A stretch of DNA of 64,000 nt, from assembly GCF_006345805.1 (NCBI RefSeq), contig NC_042997.1:40300001-40364000 (forward strand), given 5' to 3'. The first letter of the stretch is position 1; every line of letters begins with the position of its first letter. This document shows positions 36,907-51,030 of this stretch, one piece after another. The stretch is from Octopus sinensis (Eukaryota). The notes under the pieces are model-generated. The model saw only the letters and a list, made by a program, of their open reading frames with translations. It made no database searches and was not told where the DNA came from. The position numbers and the translations under genes are program-made.

Positions 36907-38557
36907 GAGAGAGCATGCAATTTTTCTTTGCAGTAATTTCAGCAAGTTCCCTGAAGTTTTAACGCATTATATGCCTAAATATAAGAATTAAATGAAAATT
37001 ATTTATATTACATATGTCGCCTTAGCATTCAAATATAAAGCATGAAAATTGGGCAATTATATTGTCAATGGTGGACATGAATCCTTTGTTCTTACTTCTT
37101 AGTTATGTCGATTCCTCATCACTTACAGTTTAAACAGAGTACTTCTACGTGGGCACTTGACAGAAATATCAGCAAAAAATCTCTCTCATATCTTTCTGTC
37201 TCTAAAAAAGTGAACCATTAATAATGTCAATGAAAGATGGGATGGTCACTGCAGGAACAGCTTGTAGGATCATTATTGAGTGTTTTTGTTGCTGATGTTA
37301 TTGTTTATTAATTGAAACACCTGAAAATGTCCTCGAAATGCGCATTACGTTGTCATCCTTAATTCACGATAAACGCAACAAAAATGTTTCTGGGGGTGTC
37401 AGCTGGAGTTATTTCTTCCATTTTCCAAGAAAACAATTGCATTCAGATAACAAGAACAATTCGAAGAAGAACAAAACCTTATAGCAAGATTTAGCTTTCT
37501 CGAGCTCAGAAATTTTATCATAGCGTATCTTTGTTGTACAAATATTCCTTGCTGTTTGCCTGAAAGTTTCGAACGTAACATTGTTCTGTAGCACAATATT
37601 TGCCTGAAGGAATTCTTGGTAGTGCTAAAAAAATTTTATTATAATTTCTGCTTACAGTGTCTGTTAATATCTGTCTCCACTGTGTAGTCAGGATACTCAA
37701 TATTCTATTTGTTGCTAGGTAATATCAGAGCAGAGGGAAGTGCATTAGGAGTATTGTTACATTTGATACAATACTTTGCTGTATTTAATTAAGACTTTTT
37801 ACATTCTGTTTTCCAATTTAACCAAGATCAGCTTTGCATTTTATCCTTCCTGGGGTTATTTATAAAGAAGTACAAGTCAAGTATTAGGGTCGTTTTAATC
37901 AACTATACCTCGTCTTCACAATTTGTGAACATGTACGGATAATAGAAGTAAATATTGCTAGTGACATAAGAAGCAATGGCAATGACATGCGGAGCAGCAT
38001 TTATAGTTTTATGTGTTTAGGTACTCTTAATCTTATTAGCATTGTATCGATAAAAATACAAGGCATCTGGGTGTTCAAAAGTGTGAGTATATGGCAAATA
38101 AAAACTCTATGTTTTATTCTTTGCAGTAATAATCCTTTCTACTATAGGCACAGGCCCTGAAACTTTCGTGTGTGGGTGCTAGTGTTTAACTGGTACTTAT
38201 TTTATTAACCTCGAAAGGATGAAATGCAAAGTCGACCAATAATTTTATGTAAACAGTTTTAAAACAAAAATTATTGCTTTTGTAGCAGTATAAATAGTTG
38301 TAATCCCAGATCATTCTTGATCAAGCGGACCTACTACACTTTCGCAGTCGCCGAACGACAACGTACAAGCCACAGTATCATAACTCAAGATATACCATAC
38401 TGTCATATTTGTTGAAGATCGAACAGCATATTCTGGCAATCAGTGGTTATTTGCATAGGATACAGTAGGAAAATCTGGTCATGCTGTATTTTCTTCTGTG
38501 TAGTCTACTTCTGTATACTTGTTAACTTCAAATTAGCTCTGAGTGAGTATGCCTATG

Positions 38558-38749
38558 ATAGTTAAGTTAATTTTTGGGCTCAAAAAGCAAAAAGCAAGGC
38601 CATGTAAGGGGACATGGAGTTATGTACAGGGTGGTGTTCATGCAAAGAGTTCAGGCCATTTCTGGTCAAGAGAGACTTTGAATGGAGCGGTCGTCGGCAT
38701 CTTCACTATCTCGTCCGGCAGCTTATTCCACGGATCCGCAACGAAAAAC
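38558..38749 (-). mobile_element. CR1-type LINE 3' fragment with (TTAAC) tail
   Basis: FFVADPWNKLPDEIVKMPTTAPFKVSLDQKWPELFA*, followed by a short UTR. Confidence 0.82.
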
Positions 38750-40267
38750 TTTCAGTCGTGACCATCCAGTATTTTTTCTAGGCATCGTGTATATAACACT
38801 AGATTATCTAGTATGTCTGTCCGTTCGTTAAGATATTAGGGTATGTTTTAAAGAAGATTTAACTACCGTGTCCAGTTATTTTTTATATGGTTTTTTAATA
38901 TGTTTATCTGGTGTAAGGATTATGTATTTAGAAAGGTGCTTAAGTAGAATTCTGTGATGCAATTGTACTTTTTTTGTAGGCGATTGCGCACATAGCAGCT
39001 TGAAGGTTAGACTGCAAGGATGAGAGCTTACTGCAACAAGAAACTATGTCCCTGACATGTCGAAATTTTCTTTCATGCTTTATATTTTTGTTTAATCGTG
39101 AAGCTTGCCTACGTGCAGTTGTGTGCTGCTTGTTATGCGTCTGTGCTGTTTGAATTTGTGAAGATTAATAGTGGAAGGACTGTGATGAATCGAAGGCATT
39201 GTTTTTATAATAACATTGTTGTGTTTCGGGTGGTACTTGTGGTGATTTTGAGCTTTCTATGTTTGTACATCATTATGCATTGAACACGACAGAGGCATTC
39301 TATATAATTCCTAGTATTTTTGTATTCAATGTAAGTACTATGTTGTTGAATGTGTCAACTATTTGTTATTGATGTACTCTTGTGTTCCTGGTTAGAAAGG
39401 AAATGGTAAATTGGCAGCTGCTGCATTATGTATATTGTAATGGAGAACAGGTATCGAGTGGTTTAATGAGAGTTTGGAGAAGTCATGCAGTTGTGTCTGG
39501 AGAATGGCGCAAAAATTTGACTGTGATACCATTTGTAGATGAGGTTTGTTTGTATACTTTGAAGAACGCCGTGCGATGCAGGCACAGCTTAACAAGGGAT
39601 CGCGCGACGTAGGGTATAGGTTTAGAAGCAATGAATATGAGAATATATATTTGCAGTAATCCATTCGGAAATTACAGATTATAGATTATAGATTATAGGT
39701 AACATGGGTTTCGTGATTGGAGAGGTTGCGTGTTACCCAGTCTTCTGCGCTGTTTCGTAAGAAGATATTCAGCATTCATGAAATGGAGTAAAAAAAAAAA
39801 CTTGTTGATAACAATGGCATTGGAATTGGTTTTCGTGTGCGTATGTGTGGGAGCGTTATTACTTTTGAAACCAACAAAAATTGTAAGCTTTGTAAATAAT
39901 GTGGTGACTGGATGAAGTTGTCTTCTTTTTGCTCGCTGTTTCTCGTGGAGGAGGCAGCGCCTATGGCCTTTGTAAGCCCCCCATCTCCACGAGACTAGTG
40001 AAACTCATGCTGTGGCTATTCTGTTTAAAGTATTAGAACTCATCACCTACAGGAATACATACTCGAGAGGAGATTCCAGAAGAAAAATGTCCTGGGAATG
40101 CAGGACTGAAGGTAAATAATAAATGCGGAGCCAGGAAGGTTGGAGACAACAAGGAGAATAAGTGGAGCAAAGGCAAAAGGTTTAGCAGTACCTGTGTGAA
40201 GAAGGCACAAGACCAGTTAACTCAGAGGAGCAGAGGACATTATGAAAATTATGTATGTATGTGTATG

Positions 40268-40309
<42 letters not shown>

Positions 40310-42390
40310 AGAGAGAAAGTGAGGGAAAGAGAAAGGGATAAATAGATGGATGGAGGGAAGAGAAAGCTAGTATGTGAGTTACAGGTGGAATGTGTCTATG
40401 AGACTGAACGACATTAATATTCGGTGAGGAAAATGTGCGACTTAATGTTTCTTGAAACAAATATTTGTAAATACTTTTGAAGGAAGCCGTAGAGGAGTGA
40501 TAAATTTGTTTAATGATGCCTTAGTCGGGATTCTGTTGGGCTTTAGAGTTGTGATTATTTTTGCTTAGTTTCTAAATTCTGATGATTCAACAACATCGGT
40601 ACTGTAAATTACTGTTGTATTCCTGTTGTCGCTGTTGGTTAAGCCTATGCCAGCCCTGATCGAGGGTTGGTCTGGTTTTAAATTATTTTGTGGCCTGCAC
40701 AAAATATATCAAAGTCATAAATATTGAAATTATTAATGCACAAGATGAAAAGCTTTCAGCTACGGTGACCCCGCCTTTTTGTATCATATTGCACATCTTC
40801 ACTACAACAACTTAATACATTACCAAACATCGTATATGCATGAATCTTAAATGCATAAAGCACATTCTAGTGCAAAAATAATATGGATTATCACTAGCAG
40901 TAGTGTATTTCTCCATCTGCTAAGACTCCCTATGTGTAATTTGGCTGAGATTTAGTTGCTATTTTTTTAGGTCAAGCTTTTTCTAGTGGGCTGCTTTGTC
41001 TGTTAGTGGTACGAAAGATTGGAGATATTGTTGAGTGTAGTAATCCCTTGAGACCTTATGTGATACAGGTGCATATTTGTTGGATGGAGTAGGTTACCGG
41101 TCGTCGATAATTTGTTTCGCTGGTGTCGAATCGAAGAAAGAGATAGAAGTTACGTTTGTGTAGGAAGTACGTACTTTGCGTTTTTGTTTTCATGTATATT
41201 GTGTTTTGTATGGTTTTAGTGGCTGACGTTTGAGAAATCTTTATGTATAAAGGTGAAGTTGTGTGTCTGTCTCCTACGATTTAGATTCCTAACTACTCCC
41301 ACATTTTGCGGTGCAGTTTAACCAAAACCGGGTATCTTATAGTCGTGATTCATATCGAGCCCTTCTGGGTATTAGCGCGCGTCTACGATGAGTCTACGAT
41401 TTTTAAAAAATTACCATCATTTTTTTCCATTTTAATGCATTTTTTCGCTATTATATAAGGGAAGTAACTCTCTAAAAATGTCTACGATGAGTCAACGATT
41501 TAAAAAAAAATTTACCATCATATTTTTTTTTCCATTTTTAATGCATTTTTTGCTATTTTTTGGCTATAACTCTCTAAAAATGCTTATATAGTTATTTCCC
41601 TTACAAACCCGAGCAACGCCGGGTGATACTGCTAGTATTTAGTAAAGGTGTTTTCTTGCTTTTAGAGTGTAACTGTTATATGAAATTGTTCATGCGGCGT
41701 TTGATAAACTGTAGCCATTATAAGTATTGTTCTTTCGCAATTTATTTCGAGGTTTACATTAGTTACAAATACTTGCCAGTTTTCTGTTTCATTTTTTCTA
41801 TGGTCTATTTTCTTTGTTATTTCTTTGTTTGGACGCTTCATGCTGAGTTGTATTTTGCTGTGTGTAGTGTTGGTGTGTTGTGTTTAGATATTCGTAAGCT
41901 TTTGTAACGTTAGCTATTTCAGCTCTGTAATTAAGCTTACTTTTTTTATGTTTCCCTTTGGGCGATGCTACTTGGAAGCACCTATAATTGTTGAAAGTGT
42001 GCATTTCAGTGGCTACGCTGGTGATTATAGTGCTTTTGAATTCTGCGAACGCTGATTCAGTTTGTTTGCAGAAGTGTGTGTTGTAGAACTGTTCTTTTTT
42101 AAAATTTGTGATGTGATTTTTATATTTTGTTACTTACGTGTGAATGTGTTGCTATAATAGTTTATAAGTAGAGGGAGGAAAGTTGGGGGATTTCTGCTAT
42201 ATGGTTGTTGCATTACCTAAATACAACCAACGGAATGTGATGCCTAGGGAATTGTAATTATCTTACTGTTATCTTAGCGACTTATATGTTATAGGTGTTG
42301 CCGGTTGTGATGCTATTTTATCTTCGCTGGTGATACCTGTGTAATCTTTGTACCAGAATAAGTCTTGTGCATTGAAGTTTCATGCAAAGA
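38750..42390 (-). pseudogene. Fragmented old LINE ORF2 (APE endonuclease to RT), I/Jockey-like, interrupted by younger inserts
   Basis: Minus-strand motifs in the expected order: NFNAQDLFW (~42350; compare GDFNAH...W), SISFFDSTPAK (~41130; compare RPISLLS..AK) and KILGII (~39315; compare PKILG). Confidence 0.45.
41238..41635 (+). mobile_element. Non-autonomous Helitron with an internal ~100-bp tandem duplication
   Basis: A|TCTTTATGTATAAA ... cccgagcaacgccgggtgatactgCTAG|T. The 3' part is shared with 10738-11120. Confidence 0.88.
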
Positions 42391-43249
42391 AGGTGTTTAA
42401 TAATATTTTAAACATTTGTAGCGAGGATGTGTAATATGATAGGACGATGGTGATGATGGAAGTGCTGTATATGTCGCAAGCTCAACTGAGGATGAACATG
42501 AGGACTCTTCGTTGACTCTTCGAATGACAAAGAAGATATCCATCTTACGGAAAGGGAAAATAAAAGCTTCTAAAAACACCTGGTATCCATGGAATTGGAA
42601 TTAGAGAGAATTTATGAGTCTCATCAACGTCAATCATTGTTTTTCCCCTAACTTCGCTGAAGTTGTGTAAACGCTTACTGACATGCTCTAGGAAAGACAG
42701 AAAAGGAAAGAAAAAATCAACCTACCACCCTCATTTTATTGCGGTAGCTCCATTAGTAAATAAAGTTCTTTTGTGCTGTTCAGGTGTTGCATTGCATGGC
42801 AGAAAGTAAAAGTATCACCACGCCAAGTTACAATTGGGCACTTTTGCTTTGCCCAATGCGAAGGTTCGACGACACACATGAATTACGTTGTCGGGGTCAC
42901 CGACGCTATCAAATCTTTCCGGATAAAGAAAAGATATGGTGTCCGAGCATGATGAATTCGCAAAGCCAGCTTGTTTCACTTATCTAATTCTACTCAACAA
43001 TGTAGGTCTATTTGTGGTTAGCCTTTGCTGCAGCTTGAGTAGCCACAGTAGAAGTACGAACAGTCTTACATCGGTCATATAAGGACGTTTATAGCATTTA
43101 CCAGTCAGTTACATAACCAGCCATAGCTAATTGCTAGAAGACAGCAGCGAAACAATTAGTGCGCAAACTGACTTATACCAGCAACTTACCACGTTTCACC
43201 GGCTTGTTAGTAACCAGGAATCACAGATCAACATAATTCTAGCAGCTAA

Positions 43250-43480
43250 GGCGGCGAGCTGGCGGAACCGTTAGCACGCCGGGCGAAATGCGTAGCCATA
43301 TTTCGTCTGCCGTTACGTTCTGAGTTCAAATTCCGCCGAGGTCGACTTTGCCTTTCATCCTTTCGGAGGTCGATAAATTAAGTACCAGTTACGCACTGGG
43401 GTCGATGTAATCGACTTAATCCGTTTGTCTGTCCATGTTTGTCCCCTCTGTGTTTAGCACACTGTGGGTAGTAAAGAAAC
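43250..43480 (+). mobile_element. SINE family B (tail type 1)
   Basis: Perfect 17-bp TSD acataattctagcagct (43231-47 / 43481-97). Confidence 0.95.
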
Positions 43481-43778
43481 ACATAATTCTAGCAGCTTTT
43501 TCAAGATCCGACGAACTCAGCGGTTTATTTCTTCGACTGTGACGAGTGAGGTTACAACAGCTATTGCTTTGCTGAACACTAGAACAGCAGCAGGTTAACA
43601 TTTGCACTTCTCAATAATGGATCTGTAGGCGAGCTCAGAGATGATCTTCAGCAACAGATTTGCATCTTCCTCCCACCTTTACACACACACTCGCGCGCGC
43701 ACACACACACACACACAAAACACACAAACACACACACACACACACACACACACAACACACACACACACAAACACACAA

Positions 43779-43834
<56 letters not shown>

Positions 43835-45239
43835 ATTCAAGCGCGTGCGATCACACTACACTAACAAACTCTGTAGAATGCTGTATTCATTTCTGCAATT
43901 AATAACATTTCAGATTATTTATTTTTACATTTCTGACTTCGAAATTGGAGTTCATATTATATGGGACATTAATTTTATTGTTGTCGATCAAGCTTGTCAT
44001 AGTTAACTTAATTCATTAGCAAGAAGGATATATACTTTCATATAATGAGATTATTAAAGAACAAAACTATCTCCATAATTTATTGTGTTGGTGGAATTTT
44101 ATATTTTGTACAAGTGTATTATTGACTATTTGTTGCTGTGTATCTTGGATGAACTCTAGTGATTATGTATGTTGTTTAAATTCAGTCTAGGGCTGCAGGC
44201 TGCAGGCGGAGAAAGAGGAAATGGCAGTAACCCCGTATTTTTTTGTTACGCTTCGATGTGGTTTTGGAATTCATTTATGCGAAATTTTATGCTAAATGTT
44301 GTCTGTATATATGTGCTTGAGTATATTGTTAGGGTGCCCTTACTTTTCGAAGTATTTTGCTGTTTCATTCAAAGCCGTCATTTTTACAGCCACCATGATT
44401 CATTCATTTGGTTTTAGTTGATAATGTCAAGTGTTTTTGAGGGAAATTTAGCTGTTATTTCTTGTAGGTCAAACGAATATGCAAAGGCTCCATTTTTTGA
44501 GGTGACAGTCTATAATATTTATAATAGATATATAGATACATAATTCTAGAATTAGCGATACAATTTTATAATGATTTATGTATCAGCGTTTGTTTAAATA
44601 TATACTGAATTCTTACCGCTTGAAGCAGATGTATTTATCAACGCTTCATCGAATGGAAGAGGTATTTGTGTCCGAAATTTACTCATAAAGAGAAAAAGCT
44701 AATTCTTATTAGCCTTTTCTAATTACACTGCTATTGTCTAATGGAGAGAAATTCTCCCAAACATATACAGCTACCTAAATATTTCATTATTATATTCATA
44801 ATGAACCCCTGCCAAATATGTTTTTCCCGAGAAAAACAGTTCAATAAAGAAATGAATAGAAATGAAAAAGGAGAATTACTAAAGCATTTCGCCTTCATTC
44901 GTACATATGTTTTCTAGAATTACATTATAAATATATAATTCCTTTCTTTCAGACTGTAGCTTGTAATTCAAGGGATACATGGCTGCTATAACTAGCAATG
45001 GAATTCCCACATAGAGATTGCTTCTTTGGGTCGAATACGTTTATGTTTTTCAGATTTTTAGTCACCAAAATATGTTTTTTTTTATGTTATATTAGATAAA
45101 GTGGTTGTTTGATTATTGTAAGTTTATGAAGGTGACACTATATATATATATTCATACATACACACGCACACACATATTTAGTCAATTAAGAAAAAAAAGA
45201 GAAAAAGGAAAAAACAAAAACAAACGAATGTGTAGACGT

Positions 45240-45380
45240 AGCAAAGCAATGTATTAATAATACGCTCAGAGAAGGAAAAGTGTAGTAGTTTTACGTTTCG
45301 AGCAAAGTTCTTCTGAAACAAGAAAAACCCGAAAGTCCAAGAGGAGGGAGGAAAAACCTCGCCAACAATCACGTCCGGTT
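45240..45380 (-). mobile_element. PLE-like terminal fragment with a decayed HHR (45288-45319)
   Basis: Minus strand 'gttt CAGAAGA actttgctc GAAA cg TA aaac': stem I gttt/aaac and ACGT stem III are kept, but U4 is lost. Confidence 0.55.
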
Positions 45381-45429
45381 ACATTCTTGAAATGACTGGA
45401 AGTAGAGAAAGTACTCTTTGAGATAGGAG

Positions 45430-46187
45430 AGTGTGAAAATGGTCAAAGCGTGTGTGTGTGTACGTATGGAGGCCTGTGTGTCTGGTTGTAACTGCGTGTG
45501 TGTGTGTCTCTGTGTGTGTGTGCATGTGTGTGGTAGCGTGTGTGCGTGTGATGGTAACTTTGTGTATGCGTGTGTGGTGTCTCTGATATTAACTGTGTGT
45601 GTGTGTGTGTAGTGTGTGTGTGCGTAGTCTGTGTGTGTGTGGTAGGATCTGAGTGCGTGTGTGTTAACGTCGTTCTCAGAGATCAGTAGCTATAGTGACA
45701 GCTGTGTGAATGGGTGTGGCAGAGAGAGAGAGAGAGAGTGTGTGTGTGTTTGCACGTGCGCGTAGATGGGAGGGTCAATAGTGAAGCAGAGGCAGTCTGA
45801 AGAGGGTGTATGTGTGGCTGGGTGGGTGTGGCTGTGAGAATAGGTAGGTGTGGCTGTGTGAATGGGTGTGTGTGTGTGATGGCATGTGTACGTAGACGGA
45901 GTGGGAATGTGTATATGTGTGAGTGCTTATGTGTATGGGTGTGTGTCTGTATCTCCCTCTCTGTGTCACTCCTCTCTCTCTCTCGCTGTATATGTGTGTC
46001 CATGTGTTCGTGTGGGTATGTGTGTGTGTCCTTGTGTGTGCTTATGTGCGTGCATGTGTGTGTGTGTGTGTGCGTTTGTGTGTGCGTACGCGTGTGTGCG
46101 TGTGTGTGCATGTACATGTGTGTGCGTGTGCACATATGTATAGGCGCGTGTGTGTCTCTCTTTGTGACTCTGTCTCTCTCGCTGTGT

Positions 46188-46224
<37 letters not shown>

Positions 46225-46225
46225 T
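45430..46225. repeat. Complex TG-rich microsatellite region
   Basis: Directly visible. Confidence 0.95.
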
Positions 46226-48523
46226 GTGGAGATGCGTATAAAATCACCGCTGAGTCTGTTCGAAACACACCTGGGAGGCGTTTTCTGATAAACGAACTCG
46301 TATTTCACAAACCAAAGTTTTTAACAATCTGTCATACCATTATTCACTTCCACGCCATTTTATTTCCACTATTATTGAAAACATTATATTAAAATCAAAT
46401 TGGTTTAGCTGCTGTTGAATAAATTGCCCATAGTTAATATTTGAAATGAGTAAATCGATTTGGCAGAAGCCAATACCAAATTCTTTTAAACATTATAACT
46501 ACAATTACTTCAAAAGTCTGCAGACAATCACTGATGTGCATTTATCATCTCTGGCGTTGAAAATAAAGAAAACAAAACCATTTTTGCGTTAATTCTATCA
46601 ATTTACTCAGCAAACAACGACTGTCTGCTATAAGTTATTTATTCGAGAGTTGGAAATAGAAATTATCTTCTCGAACAATTTCACTTATCATCATGTTGTT
46701 TCATCTGTTGCCATGACTAATTTAATCCCATGCTCGTTCTACGCCATTTAATTTCCTGTAAAAAATTCCAGTTTATATACTTTTTTTTCTTCCTATTGTA
46801 AATCCCTTCACTGAATAGGAAATTTCGCCAACGAATCAATGCAGTCTAAATATTGTAATTCAATGTCCATAGTTTCCTTATTTTTTTGTATTTGTTTTTG
46901 AAAATTACCAAAATATTTCCTTATAAATTACTATAATACAAGCACTATCAGTTAATTTTAATATTCTGTGGCCTCGTTCAGATAAGTTTTGATTGTTTAG
47001 AAAGCAAACTAGTTTTCGATGATCCTCGATCGATAGTACATCGAAACTTATAGTTAAATCTTTGTATATGGTGATGGATAATAGAGTAATATGCATAATT
47101 TACAAACGAATGGCGCTGTTTATATCATTTGTTGAAGCAGGCTTACATTAAAATTTATATTAATTTCGATCAAAATACTTTGACGAACAATTGTGATCAA
47201 TTATAAACGAAGCATTTTTCTACGACTCATTAGAATGACACTTTTCTCTGGGGGAACAGTTTAATGTGTTATGGTCAGTGAGTGTGACTGGTGACATGTA
47301 GTGTAAGAGCTTTGAATTACAAATATGACTGGATTGCTTTTCGTTACTTAAACTTTGTGATTAGCAACGTAACTCGATTCTCATACTGCAAGCTAGCATA
47401 TGCAAGTTATGAAACTGTCAGATATTTAAGAATATATGTTCTAATTCTGAAGCTAACAGATCATAAATATAAATGATGCAACACAGGCAATGTCAGGAAA
47501 CCAAAATTATAAGAACTATCATATTGTAATGTAATTCTCACAAGAGAAAATGTTCTCAAAATTATCTGACATTGCAATCTAACTCAATGTTACTTCGAAA
47601 CAAAATTCTTACAAATTCCTTTAAAACTGCAGTCACAGCAAAATTACAGAAAAAAAAAATTACTTTGCTCAAATAAGTCTCTTGGATACACAATATTCTG
47701 CGCATATTTCCCAACAATTCGCAACAAAATACATATAATAGATATTAGTATTTAAAATAACTTATAATCATAAATTTGATCGATAAAATAGTAAGCATCG
47801 TCGGCCCAGCATCATAGAAACATCATCATTAAGCAATATAAGAAGCATCATGATAAGAAGCTATAACAATATGACTAACCAAAATCCTCTATGTTGTCGT
47901 TCGACCTGCTTGAAACAGCAGCCAAATCTCCCTTAGAATAAAACAGTATCATCGTAAAAAGAAAATTAGATATTCATCCAGTATACTGTACTCTTGGTTA
48001 CATTATATTCTAAGGACTGATCGAATGATCAATAGTCTGCCTAATCCGGACAGATTTGAACTAAACAACCACAATAACAACCAAGAGCAAACGAGGGAAC
48101 CTCTCCGCTGGTACTCAACCTCTTAGAAGACAAATCTTTCTCATATCGTACACTACTAACTTAAAAGAGAAAATACACCTTGAATAATCATTTCTAGATA
48201 TTCTATGCATTAAAGAAAGACAGGATAGGAACAAATAGGACGCATGTATATCTTCAGTCAGAGTTTATCAGAAACTAATGCAGAACATCATCAATCTTGA
48301 AAATAGGTTTACCTCAATTAGATAAGAGCATAGATATTGAGAATATGTTGGATTTGCTAGATGTTATGTACAGGCCTTTACTGAAGGTGTTATTAGTGTG
48401 ACTAACTGGTGATATGACAGATCCTTTTGTGGAGCGTTGTAGTTCGCTTGAAGCATTGGTATATAGAAGAAGGTAAAAAGAAAAAAATTGAAAGCTTCTG
48501 ACAATGCGGAAACTTTAATAAAA

Positions 48524-48561
48524 CCTTTATATTTCAGGCGCAGAGTCCCATCTTCAGAAGA
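48524..48561 (-). ncRNA. Candidate minimal type I hammerhead motif
   Basis: Minus strand 'tctt CTGAAGA tgggactctgcgcct GAAA ta TA aagg': 4-bp stem I and palindromic ATAT stem III; stem II is weak. Confidence 0.4.
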
Positions 48562-48974
48562 AAGTAACAGTTTGAGAAAAGTCCAATTATGTTGGCTCCG
48601 TTCATGCTTAGTAATAAATATAAACTTTCCTTACTTTGGCATAAAGCCATACATTTTTAGGGTAGAAAGCCATAAATTTATAGGGTAGAATATATTTGTG
48701 TGAATCTCACCAGTATATAAGAGGTACTTATATCGGCATACTATTTGAAAGGTAAGCAGATTTCGGAGGGCATCTGCTCAAGCGTAGGGGTTCAAACTTT
48801 AAAAAAATCATAAAGCATTAATTCTAGCATGAACACAGAATATAGTTGAAAGATTAAGACATCCGCATTGCAATCACGAAGTCTCAGGTTCGATCCTACT
48901 GCGTGGCATCTTGCACTACTCTCCGCACAAGTCTTGTTAATAATATTGAATGGAAGTCAGTTAGGTACAGTGTA

Positions 48975-49370
48975 TCTTTTATCTTGTCTTTTACTTATTT
49001 CAATCATTAGACTGCAGCCATGCTCAGGTCAAGCGTTCAAGAATTTTAGTCGAATGAATCGAACCCATTACTTTTTTAAAGCCTGGTCCTTATTCTATCG
49101 ACCTCTCTTGCCAAACCGCTAAGTTACATGGACGTGAGTAAACCAACACCGGTTGTCAATCGGTAGTGGGTGGACAAACACAGACACACAAACATAAATA
49201 CATATGCATATACGACGGGCTTCTTTCAGTTTCCGACTATCAAATCCACTCACAAGGCTTTAGTCGGCCCGTGGTTAAAGTGGAAGACATTTGCTCAAGG
49301 TACCACATAGTTGAACCGAACTCCGAGGCAGCCATGTGGTTGGGAAGCAAGCTGTTTACCACACAGCCAC
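48975..49370 (-). mobile_element. Full-length SINE, family A
   Basis: Reverse complement of the family A consensus. Confidence 0.88.
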
Positions 49371-49546
49371 GCTTGTAAATCCAAGTTCTTGCCTTATTTA
49401 ATCTTGATCTGTGTGAGAAATTACTTGAAGAGTACACATGTCTATGGTATACTCAACCACTTACACGTTAATTTAAGAATTAATTCAGTGATAGTTCAAT
49501 TGATCGAACAACCGAATGTTAATCGTCGATGTATTAATTCCTGTTT

Positions 49547-49936
49547 GGCGGCGAGCTGGCAGAAACGTTAGCACGCCGGGCGAAATGCTTAGCGGTATTT
49601 CGTCTGCCGCTACGTTCTGAATTCAAATTCTGCCGAGGTTGACTTTGCCTTTCATCCTTTCGGGGTCGATAAATTAAGTACCAGTTACGCACTGGGGTCG
49701 ATCTAATCGAGTTAATCCGTTTGTCTGTCCTTGTTTGTTCCCTCTATGTTTAGCCCCTTGTGGGTAGTAAATAAATAGGTATTTCGTCTGCCATTACGTT
49801 CTGAGTTCAAATTTCGCCGAGGTCGACTTTGCCTTTCATCATTTCGGGGTCGATTAAATAAGTACCAGTTACGCACTGGGGTCGATGTAATCGACTTAAT
49901 CCGTTTGCCTGTCCTTGTTTGTCCCCTTTATGTTTA
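49547..49936 (+). mobile_element. SINE family B with a partial tandem second unit, inserted as one piece
   Basis: The second unit starts ~49778 at 'ggtatttcgtctgcc'. A single 13-bp TSD, tattaattcctgt (49532-44 / 49937-49), encloses both units. Confidence 0.92.
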
Positions 49937-50614
49937 TATTAATTCCTGTCATAACTTTTCTGCCTAACATAATACAGAAAATATTTTGCAATAATATTGA
50001 ATGCCCTTTTCTATCACCTCTGCCTCTTAACTCACGTCAAGGTAATACCAGTTCTTCTCTCAGTTACGGGGTAGGGATGCCGCCCACTCGCGGAAATACT
50101 GACTGAAATTGTGTTATCAGTATGAGAATGTATATAAATACGAGCGAGAACACTTTCAGCTCAACGTTTCCTCCTCCAATTAGGTTGGCACGAAATTTAT
50201 ATGAGCAGTTTAGTTGCTTATTCCTTATCATCCTCTTCAGTAAAACAACATAGAATCTGAGCTGTGTTTATATGCCAACGCTTTCATCAAAATGAAAGCA
50301 TCAATGCGCGTACAAAAAAACAAAAACAGAGAAAAAAAAAAAAGAAACAAGAGGTGCACATGCTGCAGACGAGAGTATCCGTCCTTGCACGTACTTTTCT
50401 CCACGTTTTTCTACGTGTTTATGCATAATAGCCACACCGGTCCTATATTTAAATGCGTAGTGTCATATATCCAAATATTGCGCCAATAAGCACAGGCCGT
50501 ATCATGCTTGCAATGTTTTCCTTTCTTCTATATTACTCTTGTTTTCCAACTCCTCTCTTTAACAGCGCGTGAGAGAAAGAGAGAGAAAGAAAGAAAAAGC
50601 AGGTGAATAAGAAT

Positions 50615-50646
<32 letters not shown>

Positions 50647-50994
50647 ATAGGGTGTAGGGGATAGAGATGATGCTGAAAACACAATAAGCATGCAAGTAAT
50701 GGAGGAACAGTGAACAACGTGTATGCGTATACTTGAGTATCTGTCTGTCTATCTCTCTGTATATATGTATGACTGTATGTTATATAAAGAGTAAGAATTC
50801 CCAAACAAAAAAAAAAAAAAGATGAGGACAGGTGGTGTAGACAACAAGCAGATGTATTAGTTTAACGCTCTTCCAGGGAAAGGAACACAGAAAGAAACAA
50901 GGAGAGAAAATAAAGAATGCGTAGTGGCTAGCGATCTGTCATATATATATTTCGTATACATGTCGTACACACACACACACATATATATATATAT

Positions 50995-51030
<36 letters not shown>

